From assembly GCA_021613535.1 (NCBI GenBank), contig CP075495.1, positions 1,612,001 through 1,676,000 on the forward strand: a stretch of 64,000 bases of DNA, read 5' to 3'. The DNA is from Adineta vaga. Lineage: Eukaryota; Animalia; Rotifera. The notes under the pieces are model-generated. The model was not told the origin of the DNA, searched no databases, and was given only the letters and a program-made list of their open reading frames with translations. Every line of letters begins with the position of its first letter. Position 1 is the first letter of the stretch. The position numbers were made by a program, and so were the translations under genes. Shown here piece after piece: positions 1 to 13,749 of the stretch.

Positions 1-771
1 TCATTTAAGATCGGTCGTACTTCAGTTAAAAAGTACGAACTTTTGTAAGAACATACGATGGGGAGATTTCTTAGGTTTCTTTTATATTCATTCTTATCTA
101 TACGTCTATTGTCTTATCATATCTTGTTTTGTTATTGACGTAAGCTTAATATAACTAGTTACATTCTGATTTGCTATATATAAATTAACATAAGAATGAA
201 ATAATCATAGTCATTTTTTGAATACTCTGCGACTATTAATCAATAAAATCATCGCGAATAGTATCCGTTGATCCTACAGTTGATTCAGTTATACTCGACA
301 AAGTCAAGAAGAGTATTATGCAAGGTTAATTGATTACAGTACACTTGTTGAGTAATATAAAATAATGATGTGTTTCGTTTTGACTAATTCTTTCTTCACT
401 CTATTCGTTTCTATGGTGATCGAAGAATCAAGAAGTATGCCGAGCATAGTAAATATTATGATATTTTATCTTGAAAAGAAAATAATATTTTTATCAAATA
501 AAACTTATGATAAATGAACAACTTAGAAATCAAGAATAATGATAAGACTGCCGTTTTTCTACGATATATTTCATATTTGTTAAAATGATTAGTTTCAAAA
601 TGAAATGTAATATTGATATTAATCATTTCTATCAAAAATAGAAGGGAATTAATCGACGAAGTTTTATCAACCAGATTTGATAACGAATCTATAGATTTAT
701 TAGACAATTTATAAGCTCAGTCTTTTTGATTATTTCAATCATTTTTTAAAACGAAAGAAAAAAGCATTGCA

Positions 772-2816
772 ATGAAATTTTTTATAACTTTCATTCTTCT
801 TTGTATTGTCCATGAAGTTTTTGGAGAAGAAATTACCGGAAGAATCTATGATGGATTCGATGCGCTTGAAGATGCTAATCCTTGGATGGTGGTAATACGT
901 TATCATGATACGGTACGACCAAATCATACATTGAATCTCTGTGGTGGTTCAATTATTTCCGAGATTTTTGTACTCACAGCTGCAAATTGTTTTTATAATG
1001 CTCATCAATTTCCTCATCTGTTTTCTATCAGAGCTGGTGTATATAATCTTGATAGTAACGATACCGAAAGAGAACAAATCCGATCAATACCTCAAATTAT
1101 CGTACATCCACAATATCAATTTAGTAACTATCTCAATGATCTTGCACTTGTACGTGTGGAACCACCGTTTAATTTGAAAGCAATCAATGTAAATGCAATT
1201 CGTCTATCAAATTTAACATCAGTCGAAGAAATTGAATTGCGAGCAACTGGTTGGGGTGTTTTAAGTCAAAATAATTCAACAATAGCAGCATCAGTTCTAC
1301 AGGAAATCATTGTGCAAGAGAATGTTCAATGTACGAAAACGAAAGCAATTAATGCAACAACACAACTGTGCGCACCAGGTAAAAGATGTTTATTCAAAGA
1401 ACTAAAACATAATTTCTTCTGTTCTTTTCTTTCTAGGAACATGTGTCCGTACGTGAGTCGTTCCTTTTATTTCAAATGATGTCCATTGCTTTTTTTCCGA
1501 AAGATAAAGTTTAATTTTAGGAGATAGTGGTGGTCCATTGATGGCCTTTTGCAATAGTACTGAAGAATTGAACTAGTTGGTGTTACTGGTTATCGTAATG
1601 CATGTACGGTGGAAGGTCTATTCACTCGAATAGCACCATATCGTAATTGGATCTTAGCAATTTTAAAAGATCCACCACCACCAATAACAACAACTATTCT
1701 AACTACGACAACAACTGGTATTGAATAAATCATATAGAGTTTTTGTCTCTTAACTACTATAATTATATTTAAGGTCGACCAATTCAATTTGATTGTGATG
1801 TGGAACATTCATGTGGTTGTTCATCTGTACCAGTAATATTTCATGATGAACCTTCTTCTTTGATTCATCATCGTCATCAAGGACGTATTGTTGGTGGAGA
1901 AACAGCACAACCATATAGTTGGCCATGGATAGTTTCAATTCAATTTCTTGGACATCGTTGTGGTGGATCTCTCATTAATAGTGAATGGGTATTAACTGCT
2001 GCTCATTGTTTATTTCTTGAACATTCTCTAATTCATATTGGTATTCATGATGTGACATCATCTTTAGCTATAGTTCGTAATGTTTCTAAGGTGATTCAAC
2101 ATCCAGATTTTGTTCCACCACCGCAACATATTAATGACATTACACTCATTCGATTATCATCACCTATTGATTTTTCAACTCCGAATATAAAGGCTGGTGT
2201 AGCTTGTCTTCCACCACAATCGACAGATATCAATTATCCACAAGCTGGTACTCGTTTAGCTGTCGTTGGATGGGGTTTACTAAAGGAAAACGGTATTCCA
2301 GCTACACAATTACAACAAGTTCGTGTAACAACATTAGAGAATGATGATATACGATGCAATCGATCAGTTTATGATCGAGATCGACAATTCTGTGCTATGG
2401 TTGATGGAGGTGGAAAAGATTCTTGTCAAGGTAAGATCAAGAGAATTATTCAATGAATTACCTATTTATTTCACATAGGTGATAGTGGTGGTCCGATTCA
2501 TCAATGGTTAGATGATCATTGGGAACAGGTTGGCATTGTTAGCTTTGGAAAAGGTTGTGCTAGTGCAGAGAATCCAGGTATATATACTCGTTTATCATTC
2601 TATCATGATTGGATTCTAGAAACAATAAATCAAATTGATGAGACAACTACGACATCGTCATCGGATATCCAAATAACTAGTACTTTGTCGACATCTTCAC
2701 AAACAACAAATACAAGTCGTACAACAGAAACTACTACTAATAATGTCGCTATTAACAACTCAAACATATTTCTTCTCGTAACCATTTCTATGTTTCTTTT
2801 CATTTTACTAATTTAA
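772..2816 (+). CDS. Secreted double trypsin-domain (S1A) serine protease; domain 1 inactive, domain 2 active; S/T-rich stalk and hydrophobic (GPI-like) C-terminus
   Basis: Signal peptide [10 protein letters not shown]. Domain 1 has CGGSII..LTAANC (His->Asn) and DSGGP. Domain 2 has RIVGG, LTAAHC, DSCQGDSGGP. Exons approx 772-1378, 1437-1448, 1521-1717, 1773-2430, 2479-2816. An apparent 1-nt frameshift lies near 1568. Confidence 0.88.
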
Positions 2817-3196
2817 TCAAAATAGTTCGTTTTTCATTATTCTTTTACAGAATAAAAGCAAAAAGATTTTTAACGATATTTTGTTTTCAACGAATACCGA
2901 TTGAGATGCTACTTTGAGGTACAAATGAACTAAAAGATGGATAGAATAAAATAACTTGTTTGTGCTTCATAAAATAGTAAATCAGACGCTTGTTTCATCA
3001 ATGGAAGTATCTCTATTGTTTTTCTTTTTTTTTGTGACACATAAATATAACATGAAACATACTCTCATTCGTTCTATAACAAATAAAGTGAATGACGTAA
3101 TATAAACGAACACCTGAGAAGATCTTTATCTGAATCTAATGGAAGACCGTGTTAATAAAAATCTTTTCTTTCTTTATAAACATCAAAACTAACAAT

Positions 3197-5189
3197 ATGA
3201 GAATTCTTCTCATACTTTCTGCTTACTAGTATACATAGTCTTTCCTATTCTCAATCAAACGAACGTATTTCTGGTGGTTCACAAACTCCTGTAGATGCTT
3301 TTCCATGGATGATTTCACTAAAATTTAATTTCTTCAATGCTTTTAAAACTGATTGTGGTGGTGCTATTCTTTCCGACATATTTCTACTTACTGCAGCTAG
3401 TTGTTTTCAAGGTGTTACAACATTTACACAATATACGACAATTAGAGCAGGTATACATAATATTGTCAATGGAAACCAAATTACCGAACAAAATCGTTCA
3501 GTTTTACATATTATTGTACATCCAGATTATAATCCACAAGATCATACCAATGATTTAGCACTTGTACGTGTTGCTCAACCATTTGATTTCAATTCATCTT
3601 ATGTATCAAATATTACATTATCGAACTTAACATCATTACAAAATATAGATTTGATAGCAATAGGATGGGGTCATGTACGTCCAAATGTTTCAATAGAAAC
3701 ATTACAACAGATAACTATTCGAGAGAATATTGAATGTACAGAAAATAAAGCACTTAACTCAACTATACAACTTTGTGCACCAAGTAAAAACTAAAGTTGA
3801 TTTCTTGTAAAATCACATTAGAATTTTCTTTTCTATTTAGGTACTTGTGAAGGTATATAATCATCGTTGTTAGTATATTTATCATAAATTGTTTTGCAAT
3901 TAGGTGATGCTGGTGGTCCATTGATGATTTATTCAGATTCTAGCCATGAGTATAAACTAGTTGGTATTATAAGTGCTCGTAATTCATGCATGACAGAAGG
4001 TTTATTCACTCGAATCGCACCTTTTCATGATTGGATTTTGGAAATCATAGAAAATCCACCACATACACCATCACCAGTGACATTTGCTACAGCAGCACCA
4101 ACAACAACAACTCCAGAAATACTTGGTATATTAAAAATCTTACTCTTGTTGTTGGTAATTACATATGTATGTATGTTTTGTTTAAGGACCACCTATTCCA
4201 TATATATGTAACACAAGTCGATCGTGTGGATGTTCATCAGTACCAGTTATATTTCATGATGAATTTCCTTCTTCTACTTCAACTACATCATCTCTTTCGG
4301 ATCAATATGAAGGACGAATTGTTGGTGGAGAAATAGCTCAACCACACAGCTGGCCATGGATAGTCTCTATTCGAATTTATAACATTCATATTTGTGCTGG
4401 ATCTCTAATAAATAATGAATGGATATTAACTGCTGCACATTGTTTACTAGGAACTACCGATGTTACAATTAATATCGGTGTACATGATGTATCAGCGCAT
4501 TCACCTATAATTCGTACAATTAAGAAAGAATATAGACATCCCGATTATGTACCACCCCCAGAATTTATCAATGATATTGCTCTCCTTCATTTGTCATCAC
4601 CAGTAGATCTTACATTATCTGGTGTCAATCCGGGTGTTCCATGTTTACCAACACAATCCAGTGATATGAATTATCCGATACCTGACACACGTCTATCTGT
4701 TATTGGATGGGGACGAGTATATTCTTCAGGTCCACAATCTGAAAAACTACGTCAAGTACGTGTTATGACTTTAGCCAATAATGATTCACGATGTGTCAAT
4801 GCAAGTCATGACAAACAGCGACAATTCTGTGCTATGGTTGATGGAGGTGGAAAAGATTCTTGTCAAGGTAAGATCAAGAGAATTATTCAATGAATTACCT
4901 ATTTATTTCACATAGGTGATAGTGGTGGTCCTATTCATCAATGGTTAGATGATCATTGGGAACAAGTTGGTATTGCAGTTTTGGAAGAGGATGTGCTCTT
5001 GCATATCATCCTGGTGTATATACACGACTTTCGTTCTATCACGATTGGATATATAAAACAATTGATAGTTCCAATATACTGACAACACCTAGTAATGGTG
5101 TTAATATGCATAAACTACACAGATTATCTTCTTTAATTGTTTGTTTTGTGATTCTTCAGAAGTTTTTGAACGCTTTATTTTTTCTATGA
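3197..5189 (+). CDS. Second double trypsin-domain serine protease (tandem paralog); domain 1 inactive
   Basis: Domain 1 has ERISGG, LTAASC and GDAGGP (His->Ser, Ser->Ala). Domain 2 has RIVGG, LTAAHC, GDSGGP. Same exon layout as the first gene, including a 12-nt micro-exon at 3841-3852. Apparent frameshifts near 3217 and 4976. Confidence 0.85.
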
Positions 5190-5342
5190 GAATTGAATAA
5201 AAATTGGAAGATTTCGTGATTATAATTTACTAAGCTCTACGATAGTTAAAAAGAATCGAAAACTTTATATCAACGAAGAAGAAAAAAAAGATCTCTGCAT
5301 GATTCACTTTTTTAAAAATGATTTGAATATTCTAATTTTTAG

Positions 5343-5861
5343 GGCATCCGTACCTAATGAAATATAGTAGACACTGATGCATTGTATTATTGGCAGTTGG
5401 ATCCATTGTTTCTTTTCACATAATCAAAGTTTTTAGAAATTTTATCAACTTTTACTTTCTTCATTCTTTTTTTTTCTTTCTTCTCTTCCTAGGTAACAAC
5501 AAAACGGAAGTACCGTTTTTCAATATTAAATTGCAGTAGAAACATATAAATACGTAGAAGTCATGTGATAGATCATCACAGTTGATTGTAGACTCATTTG
5601 AACTAAACAGTGAGAAAAATGATGAATGCAAGTCAGGAAGGTTTATAGATTTGATTCTATTTTTCATATCACATATTATGTTTTCATTTAGATGACGCTG
5701 GTAGTATGTCGCAATGTCTTACTTGTCATTCTAAACAAATTTCCATTGCATTAATTCCATGTGGACACGCTGCTGTATGTGTTTCATGTGCATATTCATC
5801 GAATCAATGTCCAAAGTGTCATAGCGAAGTTCAATCTTTAATGAAAATATATTTTCCATAA
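5343..5861 (+). pseudogene. IAP-type C3HC4 RING terminal exon with degraded upstream exons
   Basis: 5692-5861 translates ...CLTCHSKQISIALIPCGHAAVCVSCAYSSNQCPKCHSEVQSLMKIYFP*. Upstream AG/GT-bounded segments contain stops in the frames checked. Confidence 0.6.
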
Positions 5862-6003
5862 TTGTACTTTACATTCTCGTTGAATGACTTTCTTGATTGA
5901 TGGTAATAAACTATACATTAAATATTTTCATCTGTATGATCAAAAGGGAGAATAAAATACCTGATAAATATATACATACGTATTGCGGAAAATGACAACA
6001 GTT

Positions 6004-6040
6004 GGAATTCTCCAAATCAAAATCGAATAGGGGAAAAACC
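6004..6040. promoter_or_regulatory. Possible pair of Rel/NF-kB-like sites upstream of the IAP gene
   Basis: GGAATTCTCC (6004-6013) and GGGGAAAAACC (6030-6040), about 250 bp before the ATG at 6281. Motif match only. Confidence 0.3.
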
Positions 6041-6280
6041 AAGAGAATTTACAGCGTCATCCACAGACCATAGAAGACATGACTTTGAGTAGGTAGATGA
6101 GTCAGAATAAAATTGATTCAATTGTGAAGTATCCACAGTCACAAAAAACAAATTTTAGATTATTCATACCTATATAAATAAAGTGATACATAAGACAATA
6201 GTTATTATATTTATCATTGCATACTTTTTTTCATAGAAGAAACACGTTATTATCTTTGAAAACAATTATTATAAATAAGA

Positions 6281-7607
6281 ATGAAAACAGCTGAATATCA
6301 TTATATGAGTATGTATATCTATATTTTTCAATATTCTTTTATATGTGTTGTTATTTAGATGAAAAACATGACGACTATGTCTTATACGAAACAAAACCAT
6401 TTCAACAAGCTCGTGAACGTACTTTTTTACATTGGCTACTTGGATTATATCCATGTCGTATGAAAATGAAAGATGCTGGATGGTTTATTGTTCGTCTTGC
6501 AGATGGTCAATTAGTTGCTGTATGTTTATATTGTAAAAAAGCATGTCGAGGTTGGACACAAGATTATGATCCATTTAAAGTTCATCGATTTTTTTCACCC
6601 GAATGTGTTTTTGTTCAATATGCTCATGGCATACAAACACCTTCATCACCTATTGTTCGATCTGTTTCACGTCGTCAACAAGTTCGACCATCAACACATG
6701 AAATGGCCGTTGTATCTAATCGAAGAATTTCTTTTGAACAATGGCCACCTCAATCTATTCATCGTCCATCGTTTAATATGCTTGCCGACTGTGGATTTTT
6801 TTACAAGGGTTCAAATACAACAGTCGAATGTTTTTGTTGTTATAACCAGCTTAGCATTACGCGTAGAGATGACGATCCAATGGCAGCTCATACGAATCAA
6901 TGTATATATGCCAAACATCTACGAGGTAGAATTATGTGTTTTTTTTGTCAAAATCTTGATTTTTGTTGTATTTAGAACATTCTTCGCGAACTTCTCTCAA
7001 CATTCAACCATCAGACAAAATTTATAGATATGAAACGAATAAAATAAATAATAATACTTTCTTTTATTTACAACCAGTAAATGCAACAACACCTGGAATA
7101 CTTTTATCTGTTAAAATTCTTCTTACGGATGAACAACTACTACAAACGATTTTAAAACGATTACAACCAATTGATCGTAAATATCACAGTTAGTTATATA
7201 CAAAATCTTCTTCAATTTTATATATTATTTGTTCTTTTCTAGTGATCAATCGAATGACAAGTTCCGATGGACCATTGGTTAATATTCTTAACGGTTTGGC
7301 AACTAATCCTATTGAATTAACATATAATATTCAGTATGTAAGATAAAATTTTTCTATTCGATTAATTTTCAAGACACATTTTCTCTTTAGATATTCATCT
7401 GAAGAAGTTTTACCACCATCTATAAATACAATTTCAAATTCATCTCCTCCATGTTATACTTGTTTACTTAAAAATGCTTCTCCTTGTGGCGTTTCAATAC
7501 GATGCGGTCATCTTGGCCTTTGTTTAAATAATTGTTTTCCTAAATGGAGTACATGTGTAACATGTGGTTATACCCTAGGCAGATCATTCTGTGTATTTAA
7601 TGTCTAG
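6281..7607 (+). CDS. Inhibitor-of-apoptosis (BIRC-like) protein: two BIR domains and a divergent C-terminal RING
   Basis: RERTF..W...DAGWF...CLYC...W...DPFKVHRFFSPEC and RRISFEQWP...LADCGFFYKG..VECFCC...DDPMAAH..QC. The last exon encodes CYTC...CGHLGLC..C....CVTC. Confidence 0.85.
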
Positions 7608-7904
7608 GACAAAATGACATTTGCTCAATTGTTATTTACGAAAAATAAATAATTTATTTTATTGTTCTACTTTTTCTATAGAAGTTTCCGAATTGATATA
7701 AAAAAAAGGTCATCAGACATAACGAAGAAAAACAAACAGCCATTAAGATGAATTAATATCATTTACCGCTAGTGGTAATGAAATAGAATTGGTAATTATT
7801 CATATTTGTTAAGACATTAGTTGCGGTAGTTCTATCATTTCTTTCGTGCACTTAACGATATTGCATGTTGTTCATCGGTTAAAGACGTGAAATCTGAGCT
7901 CTTG

Positions 7905-7916
7905 GTTGCTAGCAAC
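7905..7916. promoter_or_regulatory. Palindromic RFX X-box-like site
   Basis: GTTGCTAGCAAC, with a similar half-site pair CTTGCTAACAAC at 7921. Confidence 0.35.
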
Positions 7917-9336
7917 ACCTCTTGCTAACAACCGTCGTTGTATGTCACAATCCTCTTATCATCTACTTGACAAAATCCTACCGTGCATACACACCTTGTC
8001 GTTTCTTTTTTTTGTGTTTTATTTCTATATTCTTATCGATGAAAAGAGGAAAAAAGTTCGAACGATAAAATATCATATATCAATATATGAAGATGAAGAA
8101 ATGAGAAAAAGAGAGAGAGAGAATGAGTCGTTAAGTAATTGAACAATGTATTTGCATTATCACTATGTGTTCTAATTGAAGAGAAAAAGAAGAAAAAAAA
8201 ACTTTCATTTGAACAATTACGAGCGTCATCAGTCCTACTTACCTATCTGATTTCAATCTTTTTTTCTTTCTCTTTCTTCTCTGGTTTCTATCTATGTGAC
8301 GTACTAATATTTTATTTTCTTATTCTTCTCATTCTTTTCTCGTTGATGCTGTTCTGATGAACATTCGTATCAGGAAATAATAAAACATAGGAAAAAAAAG
8401 TAGAAACTACAACTACAATAGAAGCCACTTTGAAAGTCACTAATGCGAGCATAACATAACAAAAAAAAACGTTATCGCTTTGGTTGATGAAGCCTATTCA
8501 ACAGAATAAAGGTATGTGTTGGCAGCACAAGTAGTGTTCTCTTTTTCTTTTGTTAATACTCAAATATTACCAGACGAACGTGTGCATACACAGTAACTAC
8601 GCTGCCGAAGAGTTGTTGCTAGAGTGCACATATTGATGTTTATATGATTCAAATCTCATCTTTTCATGAACTTCATTCATGAGTATGTGATAAGAAATAG
8701 AAGAAAAGAATAGTGAAGAATAAAAAGCAACGAAGCATTTATTACTAGTTGAGCCGATTAGAGAAGAAGAAAATAGGTTAGAAATGATGTTCTTTTGATA
8801 ATGAGAATCTTTTAAATTTAAAATTCTTACATGTAAAAATCATCTTTATCATTTGTTTTTTAATTTTAATCGAGTTAGAATGATTCAAATGAATTTGTTT
8901 ATTAAAAACAGCCTGTAGTAAAACATATTGCACTTGATGTGTGTCGTTTCGTTGTATATTTAGTTAACGAAAGATGAATTTAACGACAACAATAAATGTG
9001 TTCTCTCTCTCTCTCTTTCGCTTGCAAACATTCATTTCACAACTTTCTCTCTGTCGATGCTTGTCAAGAAAAACGAAAATTCTTCTTAAATGTAGATATA
9101 AAGAAAAATGTTATTTGACAATAAAACACTTTGCAATTCTGTTGTTTTATGTATCCTATGGAACCATGCGAGACAAAGAAGGAAAAAAACGACGGCTTTT
9201 TTCTTCTCTTCTTATTCTTTTTCCTTCTCTTTCCAATGACATCGTATCTAGTTTTCTTTTTCTTTTCTCTGTCTCATTTCCATTTTTCATTTCCTTCTTC
9301 ACATATGCATCCGTTTTCTTCATTAATTTTATTTAG

Positions 9337-12300
9337 ATCCGAGAATAACCAACCTAACTTTGGATAATTTTACTGGCTCGATTTATATTATTACAACTGA
9401 AATTAACGAGAACGACGACGACGACAAAGAAAAATTCCAATCAATGTTAACATCACCACGAACAAATTCTGTTGATCATTTTGTTCCTAATCATCATCTA
9501 TCATTGATTACTCAACCTGTCCTAGGTGCTCGATCAAGATCACGAAAAAAATCAATTGATTCAATTAAAGAAAATTCTACAATACATAAAGATAAACTTC
9601 ATTCTATGTCGAATATACATCGTAGATCATACGATGATTCTCCACCATTAGTAAACATTCATAGATAATCATTTAAATCAATGAAAATAATCTTTGAATT
9701 TTTAGATTGATCAATCTCAATATCAAAAAGCAAAAATAAATTCTAATAGTCATCGTGAATCAGCGGACTCAGGGTTAGATTTATCATCATCTACAACATC
9801 ATCTATACAATTTCAACAATATTCTCAATCACATACCATTGGACATCGACCATTAAGTGCATTGAATGAAGATTCAAGTCCTGATGATGGTTATTACGAT
9901 GATCAACAACAGCAGCAGCAACAAACATCACAAAGTCCTACGCGTCTTCGTTTTCCACCTGTAAATTTTGGACGAAATCGTTCAATGGAAGATATGTTAG
10001 GTACTAATAAACGTGAACATCACCAGCAACGATCTGGTTCATTTACTGATGAACATCAATTGAAAGTTCCATTACGACATGATTATAAAATGAAACGATC
10101 AAGTGATGGTGCACTTCTTGATCTTATTGATACACCAAGAAATTCTTATCGACGAGCGAATGCAATAAAAACTGAACTTCTCTATCCTTCGATGAGTCAA
10201 CATCGATCGTTGAATGATTTAATTGATAAAAGTTCCAATAGAGGTAAATTAATCGATGTTTGAAACCGACGAAATTATTTCTATCATGTGATATAGAAAT
10301 CTTATCAGGAAAACTAAAAAAAAAGAAGGATACGATTTCATTGGATTCTTTATGACGTCGAAGAAAAAAAGCCGAGAAAGATAAGCAAATAAGACAGACA
10401 TACTTACAAACTTTCTCTCTCTTGCTCTCTCTTTCTCTCTTTAGTTGTTATTTTGTTTTGTTTAGCCCATATATATATATAGTCTTGTATTTTAGTTAGC
10501 CGTAACGAATCAAATATGTCAACAAATGTGAATAATTTATCATTACCACAGACGGTTATACGAAAACCGAATACAACAACATTAAAACCATTACGAAAAA
10601 AAACAAAATTAAATATTATTATTGAACCAGCAGTGCCATTGACTTCATCACGTCTAGCTATTTATGATGAACAAATAAATGCATTGACAGGAGCAACAAG
10701 TAGTTCAAGTAGTCAAACAACACCTCGTTCAATACAACCAACTATTCTACAGCAACAAATCAAATCTAAACTCACATCAACATCTCTTGGTTATTATGCT
10801 AATCCTGAACAAGTCAAAGCTCATGTCAATCGATCCGTTGTTGAAAGACAACATCCTCCAATACCACCTGTACGTCGTGGTCCTGTTCTTCAACAATTAG
10901 TTCCATTCGATGCTTCGCCATCGAAAGTCAATAAACTTCTAAGACATCATGTTCATCAACAACAACAACAGCCACCCATTACTTTTCATCCTAGTAAGTG
11001 CACTGAATTACCCATAAATAACTCATTGCTTTCTCGAAGATCATTTTAATAATAAACAAAAGAATCCCTAGATAGATATTCATATATGTATATATATATA
11101 TTCTACCTTTCGGCTGACATCCATTAATAAAGCTAGAAATATATGATCTTTTAACATGAATCCATTCTGTCTATGTCCTTAAGAATTCTCTAATTTCTTC
11201 AATGTCATATGTACTTTTCTTTTTTTTTCATATTCGAAAGTTTCACACACACAATTGTCACCATCTCGACAAACCAAACAAACTTCACATGTATTATTAT
11301 CCAATGACGAAACACTTTCTAACATAGACGATGAAAAAAGAAAACAAATCAAATTTGAACTAGTAGAAAAACAACGTTTTAAGCAAAAAAATGGACTTGA
11401 CAATAATAAATTAGTACGAAGATTAAAAGGTACTTAAGTGGATGAAAACATCTATCAACCATTTTCTCTTTCTTTTTCTAAAGATCATAATGAAAAATCT
11501 TCAATTGATCAAAATGTACCAAGATATTTTACGAAAACAACTCAACGACAAGTTGAGAAATTTCCAAAAAAGAAAATTTTACAAAATCGATTCATTGAAA
11601 ATATTGATCAACGTCAACCAATCGAAACATTTCTAACCAGTTCACCACGTCATCAATATGAAACTCCTGAACGACGATTTCATATCAATGAACTCAATCG
11701 ACGTGGATCAGGTCAATCGAATAGTATAACAGGTAAATCACAAGATAACAAAATCATCAATCAACGAAATCATGGCTATCAACTTGATCCTCTTCGAATT
11801 TATGAAACGAAATCAACAGAACTTCACTTAAAAAATCAAGCACAAAGCCATACAAATGAGAAGAAAATAAAGTAAAATATTTTTTCAAATAATAATTTTT
11901 GTTGATTTTTTCTTCATGTTTATTCAATAGACAAAATGAACTTCATAGTCAATATGGTATTAATCATTCCTATGATACACAAACTCAATCAAATCGTAAT
12001 TTGAATGAACATCAAATTAAAACGACATCGAAAACTGTTCGAATTCAACCAATTTTATCAACAAATATCTATCCATTACAACGTGAAAGAGAAATCAGTC
12101 GATTGAGTAATAATTCTCAACCGGAATCGATTCAATCAAAACAACAAATTCATGGCAAAGAGTCAACAGTTAGTTTTCAATCTCGATCACCTACATCATG
12201 GGCAGTTCTATCTGAACATCAACAAAAACTTGAATCATTACAAGATGAAAATCATCTCGATGAACCATCACATACTTATCGATTAGTAACGATTGATCAT

Positions 12301-12769
12301 GAACAAAGTCTTGATGAAAAATATGTTATTCCTACAACTAAGTATGTCATATATTAATTCGATTGTCTTTTTCATTATTTCTTTTTCTTCTAGTTCACAT
12401 GTTTCATCATTGATTGATCATACATATCCATTTACATTTACACCAGACTCTGAAATTAATGATGCTCCGGATGAGACTTGTGAAAAATCCAATCTATCCG
12501 TTGTTTATGCTGTATCAGAACGTGATAGTACGCATAAAACTATGAATTATCATTCACCACCACCACCACCGAAAGTGATGATTGCAACAGATAAAGATGA
12601 TATTCCGTCCAATTATGATAGTGATGATGGTTGGAGTGATGATTCTGCTGAACTTTTATATGTTGATGAACGCTACGCAAAGGAGAAGAGAAAAAATCCT
12701 TCATCTACACATCTATCTACCCAAAAACATTATCATTATCAAGTTCAACAGCAAAATGTGCTTCTATAG
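9337..12769 (+). CDS. Uncharacterised multi-exon, intrinsically disordered S/Q/H/P-rich protein
   Basis: Chain of + strand ORFs joined by GT-AG introns. No recognisable domain, and exon connectivity is uncertain. Confidence 0.55.
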
Positions 12770-13749
12770 TAGTAATCTTGCCTTGTTTTCTTAATGTGCT
12801 TTTTTTTGCGTCGCCTATGTGAATAATGTCTCGACAGAAAAGAAAAACTATTTCATCCTATCTAAAGAAATATAGTACTTAAAACAGTTGAAAATTGTAT
12901 AGCAACAATTATCTCTTTGAACTATTTAATTGAAATTGAAATAGAAATCTCTTATTGATTTCTAGAATAATCAATATGAAAATGCACTGAACGATTTGTG
13001 TATGTTAGTTAATCTATATCATGTATTTTATCAGTTTTACAATTTGATAAAATGTTTTATGGTATTGAATTACTTTCTTATCAGATATTTGGTTAAACGA
13101 TTTTCTTTTTTCAAACAAAATTATTATATTCTGTTCGTTTGTGAAGTGTATATTAACGTTAAATACTGACATGTATGTTTGTATATTTTCTCATAACTGA
13201 CTTGAGCTTAAAATGATGAAAATAATCTGAGATGGATTATCATTGAATAAAATATCATATTTGTAGTATACACGTGAAACTTAAATGAAGGAAAAAAGAA
13301 TTGAAACATTTCTAACTGTCATTAACAACCGTCAACTTTATCGGAAGAAAACTGACAAGAAGTACTCTCCCTGACAATTAATGTCTATAAGCTATAAGCT
13401 ATTTCTTAACTAATATTGTAAGATAAGACATACTTTTTTTGTGAAATTACTCAAATAATTGAAAATTAATCCTACTGATCTATTTTGATGAACAAAATAC
13501 AAGAGTTTCACGGTATATATTGATACTATTCATCTAACTAAGGTCGATATCTAAGATGGGAGAAAAAAAATGAGTCGTAAATTAAGTCTATATTTAAAAA
13601 AAAAGCCCTATTTCTCTACATTATTATCATTAAAGAAGAAAGAAAAAGGAAAAGAACTGTTAATATGCGTAAGATAGTCGTCAGCTATTTTCTTTTTAAT
13701 AAAAGATTTCCGTCATCATCAGTTTCTTTTTTTTTCTATCGTAAACACG

